Assembly: GCA_039683575.1 (NCBI GenBank)
Contig: JBDKRC010000063.1
Location: forward strand, 1-47,959
Reading direction: 5' to 3'
DNA: 47,959 nucleotides
DNA from: Armatimonadia bacterium
Lineage (GTDB): Bacteria; Armatimonadota; Zipacnadia; Zipacnadales; UBA11051
Shown: positions 9,993 through 19,127 of the stretch, piece by piece
Layout: each line of letters starts with the position of its first letter
How positions within the stretch are numbered: position 1 is the first letter of the stretch
The notes under the pieces: model-generated
Seen by the model: the letters and a program-made list of their open reading frames with translations, nothing else
The model's database searches: none
What the model was told of the DNA's origin: nothing
Translations under genes and position numbers: made by a program

Positions 9993-12900
9993 GATCCTGC
10001 AGGGGCTCCACGCGCAGCGCCCACACCTTTCCGGCCTCCTCGGGTCGCACGTCGATGGGGAGCTCCTCACCATTGAAGTTCCCGTCGCGGTCCAGCGCCA
10101 CTCGCCCTCCCGGGGCGGTTACAACCATCCGCGCCCCTTCCTCAGGCCCTCCGTCCCGCGCCCCAAGCTTGAAGCTTCGCGCTCCCTGCGGGACGTAGAA
10201 GAACCGTGTCAGCTTGCTGCAGTACAATCGCAGCGGAATCCCGGCCGTCGCCACCTCCGCCATCCCTCGCGGCCCGCCCTCCACGATCGCCGACCCGCTT
10301 CCGGGCTCCAACTCCAGGAAATGCGCCCCGGTCTGCGCTGCGATCCGGTCAATCGTTACCGACTGATCCACCGGCACCGACCCCTCCTGCACGACCTTCA
10401 GGTCCGGCCCCAGCAGCCGGAACTTCAGGCTGTTGGTATACTGCGTCACGCGCACATTGCGCACCAGCAGCTTCAGCGCCTCGCCCTCCTGGGCGTACAG
10501 CACCATTCGCCCGCTATTGCGCAGCGTCGCCGACTCCTCCGCCTTGGGCTTCGGCCAGGCAATATCCCCTGCCTGCAGCGGCAAGACCTTCGGCTGCCCG
10601 TTAACCGCCGCAAAGGCCACCAGCTTGGCCGCTCCCGGCGCATACTCGGCCTCCAGCTTCACCTGCCAGGTTCCCGCCGGCAGGTCGTCCGGCAGCCTCA
10701 TCTTCACCGTCGCTTGCTTGTTCGACAGCGGCGGCACCTCAACGGTCTGCGCCGCCGTCACTTGCCATCCCTGCGGCTGCTCGCATGTCAGCTTCACGCT
10801 GAGCGGGAATGGGGACCAGTTGCGCAGTAACACCTGCGCCTCAGTCTCTCGCCCTGCCACACCCGTGACCGCCAGATTCGGGCCCTGCAGCTCCATGGCC
10901 CGATTCGCGTCCATCTGCAGCAAGTCCGTCAGCACAAACGTCGCCCCCGCGCCCTTGACGTCCGCCGTCGCTATCACCGGCACCATCCGCTCCGCATACT
11001 GCGGATCAGTCACGGTCACCTGCCCCGCAGCGCCATTGCCGCGGCTCTCGGCCTTCACGCCAGTGCCAACCGCCGCCCACTTTGGTTGCGTGGGGCCGGC
11101 AGTCCCTGACGGCCAACTCTGGGCAGAGACCTCGGTCGTCAGCCCCGGCGCCAGCCAGTCATGCTCGCCAGTCGCCCACAGCCTCACCCCGGTCTGCCCG
11201 GTCACGAGCGCCTGCACCTGCCGGTGCAGCAACTCCAGCGCGGTCCCCGGCACCAGCGCCCCCGGCAGTTCACTCAGGCTCTGCTCGAGCCCCGGCAACT
11301 GTGCGCTGACGCCCGCCAGTCCCGCCGCGCTCGGCTTGGCCGACAGCGCCGCCACCGCTCGCACCAGCCCCGCCGCCTTCTCCCGGCTCTCAGCATCGGC
11401 CGTCTGCAATAGCTGGCCCAACCCCGCCGCCTCCGGCCTCGCATACCCGACTGCATACCGCCGCCCCGATGGTAGCCGGAGTTCACTCAGCGTCGCCAAC
11501 GGCTGCAGAACCTTCGCACTCCCGATCTCGGCCGCCGCAACTAGTCCCGGTTGCCCGAACTTCAGCGTCACGCCGCCCTCAACCACGCAGCTCAAATGCT
11601 GCTCATCGCCACTCAGTACCGTTACGAAACCCGGCCCCTCTACCCTCACCGGCAGTCGCCGCAACAGCAGGAACGGCTTCTCCTCGAACTTGCGCGGCAG
11701 CGCCTCTCCCTCCCGCAGCCTCGGCCGCAGCCCGTGCCGCGTCACCAGTTGACCAGCTTCATTGACCCACTTCGGCGTAGCCGCGGTACCCTCCGCCGCC
11801 ACCGCATTCGCCACGGGCCCGTCACTACAGGCCCACAGCGTCCCCGCGCCGCCCTTCAGCGACCCGAAGTCGCCATTCTCCACTGTCAGCAGCTCCCACG
11901 GCGTCTCGAGCAGCTTCTGCCCCTGCGATGCCCGGGCCACGTCGGTGGTCAGCACGTAGATGGCCACCCGTCGCACAGGAAGCGTCGTTTTCAGCACTCC
12001 GCTGGCCGGGATGACCTCGGGCTCCCGCGGCCACGTGCGCACCAGCCTGGCATCCTTCGGCAGGCCCAGCCGCTCCCGGTCGATCCGCAGCTCCACCGGC
12101 TGCTCCTGACCGGTTATGTTCACCATCACAATGCCCACATCACCGTCGCGCCGCCACGCCGAGGCAATCACCGCCGGTCCCCGCCAACTCCGCTCTCGCC
12201 CCGGCTGCGGGTCATAGCGCAGCTCATACGGCCGCGCCGCCAGTTCCAGCCCGGCCCCCCCTCCGCGTAGTGCGGGCGTCTCGCCCGCAGCCGTCACACC
12301 CGCCAGTTCGCGCGTCGCCATCCGCACCGCCTCGCCGCCTTGCAGGAACCTCATTCCAGCCACGTAGTACGCCTGTACTACGTCGCGCAGCATCTCAGAC
12401 TTCGGCTCCCCCGGCTGCGGGTCGGGCGCGATGCTGGCGGAGTTGAGCGGCTTCGCGCCCCACACCAGCATCTGGCCCATCTCCCATGCGAACCGCTCGG
12501 TTCCGAGCGACAGCACCGCATCGCAGCCGAAGTTGATCGTGTAGTCGTGATAGGCAATCGCAAACAGGGGATAGACCTGCGCGTTAGGCAGTGGCGTGAA
12601 GCGCAGGATGTCCAGTGTCAGGAAACCATCCATTGCGTCAATGACCCACTCGCCGCACTCCTCGGGGAAGAACGAGGCGCCGGGGTCCACCGCCCGCGTC
12701 TCGGCCCGCATCTGCAGCATCATCTGATGCTGCCCCATGCCGTAGTAGTTCCCGCCATGCAGAGTATGCCCATGCGACGCGTCATAGCATGGCTTGGAGC
12801 CCGTCGCTGTCAGGCAGTCCAGGTACACACCGCCCATGCCATGCTCGGCAATTTGCTTGTAGGCCGTCTCCGTAACCTCATCCCGCCACTTCTTGGCCCC

Positions 12901-14253
12901 CGGGCACATGTAGGCGTACAATTCCTTGTTGATGTCCCAGATCGGGATGTTCCCGGCCTCGTCCTTGGTCGCCGCCGCCGCGCCATTCTCGCTGATGTAC
13001 GACTGCGTATCCTGGTCCCAGATCACGCCGTTGGTGTACGGCAGCGGACGCACGCTCATGTCCTTGGCGTCCCGCACGCCGCTGATGTAATACGGGTCAG
13101 TCGGCAGCATCTCCGGGTAGTTGTCATCGAATACCGCAATCGTCCCCCGGTAGTAGTGCGATGCCATGGGCACCTGCAGCCACTTCGCATACGCCGCCCA
13201 CTCCGGCACGATCTTTGACGGCTCCTGGTAGTACTTCGCCCAGAACCCAACGTTGCGGAACCACGTCGGCGTCCACCGCGCCAGCTCCTTCGACCCCGCC
13301 GCCGGTGTCTGGGTCGGCCACTTGTCCTCCGGCCCGCGCGAGCACCAGAACTGCTTCTGCGCAAACTCCCGGTACATCCTCCCGGCCTCGAAAGCATCGC
13401 CCGTAAACGCGGCCACCACCACCTCATAGGGCATGGAGTAACTCACCTGCCGCAGTCCCTGCGCTGGTGTCAGCGGCCACTGTGCCAGCTCCGGCATATT
13501 CTCTATCCAGAGCCGCATCTGCCCGGGCGTCTCTTTGGTGTCATATCCCAACCGCTTGTAGTAGCACTGCCCATCCTCCGCCGCCATGTAGAGCCCCGTG
13601 GCATCCGTCCGGTCCGGCTGCCAGCCACTATCGGTAGACGCCGGCAGCTCCTGCTCACGTGAGTCCTTTGTGCCGTAGGTAGCCATGAACTGCATCGATA
13701 GGGGAGAGGGATAGCTCGCCACCGTCACCCTCGCCCGCTTAACCGGGTCGCGGTCCATCCGCCCGAAATACTGCGGGTACAGCAGCCGGTCCTCGCCGAC
13801 CGGTCGCAGATTGCTCAGTCGCGGGAAATCCACCAGCCACAAAGCCCCCGGCGCCTGGCCCGCCACCTTCAGGTGCCATAGCGACTTGGCCGCTTCCATC
13901 CGCACTGTCATCGTCACCGTCAGATTCGCCGGACAAGCCGCGCTGCCAACGCCCTGCCACACCACGGTCAGCTTCCCCGGTTCCGCCTTGTGCGTCACGC
14001 TCTTGGCGTCCTTCGCCCCCAGCGTCATCATCTGCAGCTTCTCATCCCTGATTGTGATGACCCAGGGCGACCGCTTTTCCTTCGGTGCCTTGGCGTCCAC
14101 GAAGTTGAAGTCATGCCCACGATGCACCAGCGCCGACAGCGCGTAGCCTTCCGTCTCCTCAAACCCCACCACCATCTTCTCACCAGAAAGCGTCACCGCG
14201 GCCCACGCCGAGCCGACCCAAACCATCGCCAGCAAAACCATCAACTTGCGCAT
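9916..14253 (-). CDS. Large secreted glycoside-hydrolase-like protein (DUF6259-like TIM barrel with accessory beta-sandwich domains)
   Basis: Signal peptide; PYTNG..WD, YMCP...W, GVYLD, CYD..HGH..HGG motifs; NEW3-like region near the C-terminus. Confidence 0.75.
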   Translation of the reverse strand: MRKLMVLLAMVWVGSAWAAVTLSGEKMVVGFEETEGYALSALVHRGHDFNFVDAKAPKEKRSPWVITIRDEKLQMMTLGAKDAKSVTHKAEPGKLTVVWQGVGSAACPANLTVTMTVRMEAAKSLWHLKVAGQAPGALWLVDFPRLSNLRPVGEDRLLYPQYFGRMDRDPVKRARVTVASYPSPLSMQFMATYGTKDSREQELPASTDSGWQPDRTDATGLYMAAEDGQCYYKRLGYDTKETPGQMRLWIENMPELAQWPLTPAQGLRQVSYSMPYEVVVAAFTGDAFEAGRMYREFAQKQFWCSRGPEDKWPTQTPAAGSKELARWTPTWFRNVGFWAKYYQEPSKIVPEWAAYAKWLQVPMASHYYRGTIAVFDDNYPEMLPTDPYYISGVRDAKDMSVRPLPYTNGVIWDQDTQSYISENGAAAATKDEAGNIPIWDINKELYAYMCPGAKKWRDEVTETAYKQIAEHGMGGVYLDCLTATGSKPCYDASHGHTLHGGNYYGMGQHQMMLQMRAETRAVDPGASFFPEECGEWVIDAMDGFLTLDILRFTPLPNAQVYPLFAIAYHDYTINFGCDAVLSLGTERFAWEMGQMLVWGAKPLNSASIAPDPQPGEPKSEMLRDVVQAYYVAGMRFLQGGEAVRMATRELAGVTAAGETPALRGGGAGLELAARPYELRYDPQPGRERSWRGPAVIASAWRRDGDVGIVMVNITGQEQPVELRIDRERLGLPKDARLVRTWPREPEVIPASGVLKTTLPVRRVAIYVLTTDVARASQGQKLLETPWELLTVENGDFGSLKGGAGTLWACSDGPVANAVAAEGTAATPKWVNEAGQLVTRHGLRPRLREGEALPRKFEEKPFLLLRRLPVRVEGPGFVTVLSGDEQHLSCVVEGGVTLKFGQPGLVAAAEIGSAKVLQPLATLSELRLPSGRRYAVGYARPEAAGLGQLLQTADAESREKAAGLVRAVAALSAKPSAAGLAGVSAQLPGLEQSLSELPGALVPGTALELLHRQVQALVTGQTGVRLWATGEHDWLAPGLTTEVSAQSWPSGTAGPTQPKWAAVGTGVKAESRGNGAAGQVTVTDPQYAERMVPVIATADVKGAGATFVLTDLLQMDANRAMELQGPNLAVTGVAGRETEAQVLLRNWSPFPLSVKLTCEQPQGWQVTAAQTVEVPPLSNKQATVKMRLPDDLPAGTWQVKLEAEYAPGAAKLVAFAAVNGQPKVLPLQAGDIAWPKPKAEESATLRNSGRMVLYAQEGEALKLLVRNVRVTQYTNSLKFRLLGPDLKVVQEGSVPVDQSVTIDRIAAQTGAHFLELEPGSGSAIVEGGPRGMAEVATAGIPLRLYCSKLTRFFYVPQGARSFKLGARDGGPEEGARMVVTAPGGRVALDRDGNFNGEELPIDVRPEEAGKVWALRVEPLQDLSLWLAGDAAPYLSSAPERVVVDRR

Positions 14254-14366
14254 CAGAGCACCTCAATCATCACATGGACAACAGACTAGAAGAAAGACAC
14301 CGTGGGCCGCCTCCTATGGACAGCCCACGGTGACCAGTGTTCCCTAACGTTCCCGTACTCCGCCGT

Positions 14367-16133
14367 CTACTTTCCGTTCAGCCACTCCACCGTCTGCAGG
14401 AACACCTGCCGCTCGGTCCCGCTGAGTTCCTGCTTGTACCCGTGGAACGGCCCGACGAACGCCACGCGGCCCTTGCCGACCTGTCCGAGCACATACACCG
14501 GGTCTCCGAAGGTATTCTCGACGACGGTCACGCCCTTGGCGCCCGGCTTGAAGATCATGTGGTCGCGGAACTCGGTCGGGAACTCAGTCCCCACCTTCAG
14601 CCCCGCCGTCGCCGCATGCTCCTGCTTGATCCGCAGGCTGGTATCCACCACATGCCGCTCCGCCTCCACGTTGTGCTGCGGCAGTGCCCGCGTCGCCACT
14701 TCGGGGAACGGGCTGTCCATGAACCACGCGGTATCATGGGCCAGCATGACGCTGCCGCCCTGCTCCACATACTGCCGCAGCGTCCGCGCAAACGGCGCGT
14801 CGAACTTCTGTGTCACGTTGTAGTTCTGCAGGATGATGACATCGAAGCACTTGAGATACTCAAGCTGTAGCCCCATCAACTCGTGGACTTCGAACTTGCC
14901 ATCCTTTTCGAGCATCTGCATCATATACGGCCGCGAGTCGAACACGCCCAGTTGCGGCTTGTCGGTCTTCTTCACGAAGGCCGCGGCATCACCGGGATCG
15001 GGCGTCTGGCGCGGCTGCTGCCACCACCTGCACGCCGTCCCATTGACAATCGCCCTGTTCGCCCGCCGGAACCACCGGAAGTAGTCGCGGTGCGTCGTCT
15101 TGTACTCCGGGCCCTCGTAGAAGACCCAGTAACCATCCGTCACGCACCCGCTCATCGCCGCATTACGCCCGGTGAACTCCGGATCGGCGCCCTTGACCAC
15201 GGGGTCCAGCCCGCCCGCATACATGAACGGCACATGCTTGGAGCGCGCGTACTTCATGTTCCGCACCATCAGTTCGCGGTTGGCCTCGAGAGCCTCTTTA
15301 TGGGGCATCAGCCCGGCTGGCCGCCCATAGATGCTCGCGTCGGCCCAGATCGTCGGCGCGGCCTTTGTGGACCACTCCGTCAGAGCCGCCTCGGTCATGA
15401 ACAGCGAGCCCGGCGCGGGGTAGACCATGAACTGGAAAGTCGGGTTGATGGCATCCACTTGCTGGCGCAGTTTCCGGCAACGCTCTCGCCAGCTATTGAT
15501 CTGGAACTTGCGGAAGGCCTGGTCCAGCTTGTTATCGCGCAGCCACTTGGCCCGCTCCGCGAACGGCAGCTTCGGCATCTCACACTTCTGCGCCGCCGCA
15601 AACTCGCCCATGATCTTGTCATCATACGAGAGTTCATAGACCGTGCCGGGGCCGACGGACGAGTAATTCTCATAGTCCAGGAAGACGCCGAACAGCGCCG
15701 GGCATTCGACACTGACCCGGGCGTAATTCAGAATCCATTCCGTCATCCACGCCCAGAGTTCGTCCGAGTTCGGACTCGCCAGATTCGATTCGGAGCCGTC
15801 TGCCCATACCATCTTGACGTCACCCTTGGGGATCATCGTCCCGCGCATCCAGGGCAGGTGGAAAATGCCATACTTGGCCGCCAGCCCGGCGATCTTGCGC
15901 ACCTCGTTCATATCCTCATTGCCCAGGCGTGGCGACACGACATTGAACCCCGCCTCTGCAATCTCCCGCACATGGTCGTCCGTCATGACCCACTTGTTGT
16001 CGGCCATGAGCACCTTGTCCACCAGTACTCGCAGCTTGTCCGTTCGCCCCAGGGCCTTCCGGTCCGCACCCCAGACACTCGTCATCATGAGCGCCATTCC
16101 GAGCAACAACGCCGTCTTCACGATCCGCAACAT
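14367..16133 (-). CDS. Secreted putative glycoside hydrolase with a C-terminal GATase-like (ThuA/trehalose-utilisation-like) domain
   Basis: Start MLRIVK after GGAGG; the upstream ORF extension is just translated REP repeats; GVFLDYENY; L..YVEQGG; GKGRV. Confidence 0.7.
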   Translation of the reverse strand: MLRIVKTALLLGMALMMTSVWGADRKALGRTDKLRVLVDKVLMADNKWVMTDDHVREIAEAGFNVVSPRLGNEDMNEVRKIAGLAAKYGIFHLPWMRGTMIPKGDVKMVWADGSESNLASPNSDELWAWMTEWILNYARVSVECPALFGVFLDYENYSSVGPGTVYELSYDDKIMGEFAAAQKCEMPKLPFAERAKWLRDNKLDQAFRKFQINSWRERCRKLRQQVDAINPTFQFMVYPAPGSLFMTEAALTEWSTKAAPTIWADASIYGRPAGLMPHKEALEANRELMVRNMKYARSKHVPFMYAGGLDPVVKGADPEFTGRNAAMSGCVTDGYWVFYEGPEYKTTHRDYFRWFRRANRAIVNGTACRWWQQPRQTPDPGDAAAFVKKTDKPQLGVFDSRPYMMQMLEKDGKFEVHELMGLQLEYLKCFDVIILQNYNVTQKFDAPFARTLRQYVEQGGSVMLAHDTAWFMDSPFPEVATRALPQHNVEAERHVVDTSLRIKQEHAATAGLKVGTEFPTEFRDHMIFKPGAKGVTVVENTFGDPVYVLGQVGKGRVAFVGPFHGYKQELSGTERQVFLQTVEWLNGK

Positions 16134-16176
16134 AACCTGACCTCCAGAATCCGTATCGTTTGCTGCCTCAAGATAA

Positions 16177-16470
16177 ACCGCGTAGTGCGGGGCGTCTCGC
16201 CCGCTTCGGGCCGTAGGGCGCACCGCGTAGTGCGGGGCGTCTCGCCCGCTTCGGGCCGTAGGGCGCACCGCGTAGTGCGGGGCGTCTCGCCCGCTTCGGG
16301 CTGTAGGGCGCACCGCGTAGTGCGGGGGCGTCTCGCCCGCTTCGGGCCGTAGGGCGCACCGCGTAGTGCGGGCGTCTCGCCCGCTTCGGGCTGTAGGGCG
16401 CACCGCGTAGTGCGGGCGTCCCGCCCGCTTCAGGCTGTAGGGCGTGGGCTTGTACCACGCCGGCCGTTAT
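16177..16470 (+). repeat. Tandem array of six ~45-nt REP units ending in a complete second-type REP
   Basis: Unit ACCGCGTAGTGCGG(G)GCGTCTCGCCCGCTTCGGGCYGTAGGGCGC at about 16177, 16222, 16267, 16312, 16358, 16402; then GTAGGGCGTGGGCTTGTACCACGCC. Confidence 0.95.
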
Positions 16471-16551
16471 CTACGACCCTAACCGCCCGTCCTATGTCCG
16501 CCAACAACAACCTTAGTTTCCCCACTACCTCCCCGGGTTCCTTCGGGCACC

Positions 16552-16579
16552 GCAGGCCAACCCTCAAACGTTGTAGAAT
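16552..16579 (+). promoter_or_regulatory. Sigma-H-like promoter (GCAGG-N16-GTAGAAT), 9 nt upstream of the ATG
   Basis: Matches the Bacillus sigma-H-type RNAGG-N16-NNNGAAT layout; the motif recurs in this window. Confidence 0.6.
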
Positions 16580-16588
16580 AGACACCCA

Positions 16589-17365
16589 ATGACCCTCGAC
16601 TTCACGCCCGAACTGCCTCCCGAATTCCACGAGCAGCCCCTGACGGCCCGCACGCTCGACGACTTCGCCCTCTGCCCGCGCAAGTTCCTCCTCGCCTTCT
16701 TCACCCCCCGCGAGCAGGAGCGCCGCTTCCGTGGCGGACCCGCAGCCCTGCATCAGGCGGTTCGTCAGGCCCTCCTAGACTGCTACAACCTCGGCGGCCC
16801 CGCCAAAGTCCCACTTCCCGCCCTGCTCGACGCCTTCGACACCCACTGGGAAGGCGACCTCTGCACGGATAGCCTCGAAGAGGAGCAGCTTCGTGATCAG
16901 GGCCTGCTCATGCTGACCGAGTACCACGTGGACCATGTGCACGACGCGCTAGAGGTTGTCGCCACCGATCTGCGCCTCGAGGGCAGCCTTGGCGATCAGG
17001 CTTTCGTCGCCGTCGCCGACCTCGCCCTGCAGTCCGGCGCGTGCCGCGACTATTACCGTTTCGCCACCTCCCGCCATCCCCTCACCGGCGGCGAACTCCA
17101 GAAAGACCTCTCCGCCCAGCTTATGTGGCTGCTGGCCCACGACCAGCCCGTGGAAGCCGGCACCAACCTCCGCGTCCTGTATTACGCCCTCCGCGCCCGC
17201 CGCGCGTACGAAGTGGTCCTCGACGCCGAGCAAGCCGAGTACGCCCGCCGCGACTTCGCCTCTCGCGCCGCCCGGCTCCACCGCGAAGTCGACTTCGCCC
17301 CCAACAAGGGCAAGCATTGCCGCTGGTGCCGCTCCAAATCGAGGTGTCCGGCATGGCGCCGCTGA
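16589..17365 (+). CDS. PD-(D/E)XK (RecB/AddB/Cas4-like) nuclease-family protein with a degenerate active site
   Basis: N-terminal F..CPRKF, G.ALH, C-terminal C.WC.....C Fe-S staple; the expected D-Y-K motif reads R-F-A. Confidence 0.85.
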   Translation: MTLDFTPELPPEFHEQPLTARTLDDFALCPRKFLLAFFTPREQERRFRGGPAALHQAVRQALLDCYNLGGPAKVPLPALLDAFDTHWEGDLCTDSLEEEQLRDQGLLMLTEYHVDHVHDALEVVATDLRLEGSLGDQAFVAVADLALQSGACRDYYRFATSRHPLTGGELQKDLSAQLMWLLAHDQPVEAGTNLRVLYYALRARRAYEVVLDAEQAEYARRDFASRAARLHREVDFAPNKGKHCRWCRSKSRCPAWRR

Positions 17366-18288
17366 GATACCTCTGCCTGCTGTTGGCCCTCACGCCCCTG
17401 TGGGCCCAACCCCTCGGCCGCTCGCGCGACAGCCTCACGGTCTACTACAGCCCCCAGGATGAAGTCGCCGCCGGAGTGGTCCTTGACGCCGCCTCGTCGG
17501 CGCTGCCCGTCCTCGAAAGCGCGCTCGGTCTCCACTACTCCCGCACTTCAGACCGCCCGCAGATCCGCATCGACATCGTGCGCTCCCAGGACGAGTTCAA
17601 CCGCCTCGTGGGCACCACTATGAAACCGTGGGTGCAGGGCGCGGCCCTTGGTGGGCAGCGCCGCATCGTGCTCAAATGTCTCCTCCCGCAAACGCTCCGT
17701 CTCGTCACCGTCCACGAACTCACCCACGTCCTGCTCGACGAACTCGCCACCGAACTGCACGCCGACCCGCCCCGCTGGCTGCACGAGGGCCTCGCTAAGT
17801 ATGCCGCTGACGACTTTAGCGAGGCTGATCGCGAAGTCCTGGGGCAGGCGGTCGTCCAGCGCCACCTGCTGACGATCGCGCAAGTGGAGCAGGCCTTCCA
17901 GGGCAAACGCGAGCAGGTGGAGCTCGCCTACGCCCAAAGCTACACGCTCGTCGATTACCTGCACGGCCTGCGATCTGACGGCGGCCTCAAGCGGTTTCTG
18001 GGGGAATTGGCGCTAACGGGGGACACGGATCGGGCACTGCTACGCACTTACGGCCGTACGCGCCCGGAAATCGAGACCGCCTGGCACCAGGGAATCCAGG
18101 AGATGTACCTCAGTCACGGCCTGCCATTCTTCACTGAGGGGATCATTCTGCTCATCATGGGCGTCCTTTTCTTGATCGTCCACGGTGTCAACACCCGCCG
18201 CCGCCGCCTGATCCGCGAGCGTTTGCAGGAAGAAGAGCGCTTGCGGCGAATGTTCCTACTCGACGATCGGTCACACCACGACTCCTGA
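17353..18288 (+). CDS. Peptidase MA-like gluzincin, exported, with a C-terminal membrane anchor
   Basis: Start MAPLR after GAGGT; signal peptide; HELTH...PRWLHEGLA; LAYAQS; C-terminal TM helix. Confidence 0.88.
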   Translation: MAPLRYLCLLLALTPLWAQPLGRSRDSLTVYYSPQDEVAAGVVLDAASSALPVLESALGLHYSRTSDRPQIRIDIVRSQDEFNRLVGTTMKPWVQGAALGGQRRIVLKCLLPQTLRLVTVHELTHVLLDELATELHADPPRWLHEGLAKYAADDFSEADREVLGQAVVQRHLLTIAQVEQAFQGKREQVELAYAQSYTLVDYLHGLRSDGGLKRFLGELALTGDTDRALLRTYGRTRPEIETAWHQGIQEMYLSHGLPFFTEGIILLIMGVLFLIVHGVNTRRRRLIRERLQEEERLRRMFLLDDRSHHDS

Positions 18289-18304
18289 AATCTGAGAACG
18301 CAAC

Positions 18305-18886
18305 ATGCTCGACTTCTTCGATACCTTTGCCACCCGCCTCTTCACTTCGGCCTTCTTCAACCGCCTGGCCTGGGCGGTAGCCATTGCGCTGGTCTTTGAG
18401 GTGCTGATCAGGCTGTCTGCCTGGCGCCTGCGCAAGGCTTTCGCGCCGATCCTGCAGCGCGACATCTACCTCGACGCCACCGAACGCGTCAAGCGGCGGA
18501 AGATCGTCCTCGGCCTGCCGCTGCTCATGGTCCGCAGCATACTCTTCTGCGTCGCCATCATCATCATTGTCCGCTACCTGGGCTTCAACACCCAGGCCGA
18601 GCTCATACCGCTACTGGTGGCGTTGCTCGCGGTGACTACGCTGATCTTCTGGCGTCCCCTCAAGGACGCGGCGGCCGGCTACTATATCATGTACGACAAC
18701 CTGTACGCCCCAGGCGAGCGCATCTCAGTGGGCGAGCACAGTGGCACGGTAGTCGAAGTAGGCCTCCGCCACACCCGCCTCCGCACCCCGGACGGTCGCG
18801 AGATAACCCTCGCCAACAGCGAAATCACGCAGGTAACGAACCACACCAGGGTGAGCGAACTGGAAAAGCGAGCCCCGCGAACCTAA
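18305..18886 (+). CDS. Small-conductance mechanosensitive channel (MscS-family) domain protein, short form
   Basis: Three TM segments; D...G..I..D..Y..GE.I......G.V.EVGLR.T.LRT.DG....L.N.EI..V.N. Confidence 0.88.
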   Translation: MLDFFDTFATRLFTSAFFNRLAWAVAIALVFEVLIRLSAWRLRKAFAPILQRDIYLDATERVKRRKIVLGLPLLMVRSILFCVAIIIIVRYLGFNTQAELIPLLVALLAVTTLIFWRPLKDAAAGYYIMYDNLYAPGERISVGEHSGTVVEVGLRHTRLRTPDGREITLANSEITQVTNHTRVSELEKRAPRT

Positions 18887-18911
18887 CCCACAGCGGTCCC
18901 CGCCTTCCAAT

Positions 18912-18937
18912 TGTCATCCTGAACGAAGTGAAGGATC
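18912..18937 (+). repeat. Isolated TGTCATCCTGA-type palindromic intergenic repeat
   Basis: TGTCATCCTGAACGAAGTGAAGGATC resembles the widespread TGTC/CGTC-class REP hairpin; single copy in this window. Confidence 0.5.
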
Positions 18938-18992
18938 AGTCACCGAACCTGCCCAGCCACGCTCACACCGCCCCGTCGCATAGCGCATCGGT

Positions 18993-19107
18993 GCTGTAGG
19001 GCGGTCCGGCTGTAGGGCGGGGGCTCGTACCCCGCCGGCCGTTATCACCGACCACCCTTCCCCGCGTAGTGCTGCTCCGGCCGTAGGTGCGCGGGCGTCC
19101 CGCCCGC
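18993..19107 (+). repeat. Composite REP element between convergent genes
   Basis: GTAGGGCGGTCCGGCTGTAGGGCGGGGGCTCGTACCCCGCCGGCCGTTATCACCGACCAC is nearly identical to 34328-34483 apart from the leader copy number; followed by a degenerate GCGGGCGTCCCGCCCGC hairpin. Confidence 0.9.
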
Positions 19108-19127
19108 TCCGGATTCGCTCCCTGCCA

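Noticed and set aside
16134-16403. 90-aa repetitive N-terminal extension of the 14367 ORF
   Set aside because: It is translation through the REP array; a signal peptide and SD support the start at 16133
16177-16444. Possible CRISPR array next to a Cas4-like gene
   Set aside because: No unique spacers; the units are near-identical REP copies found elsewhere; no cas1/cas2 in the window
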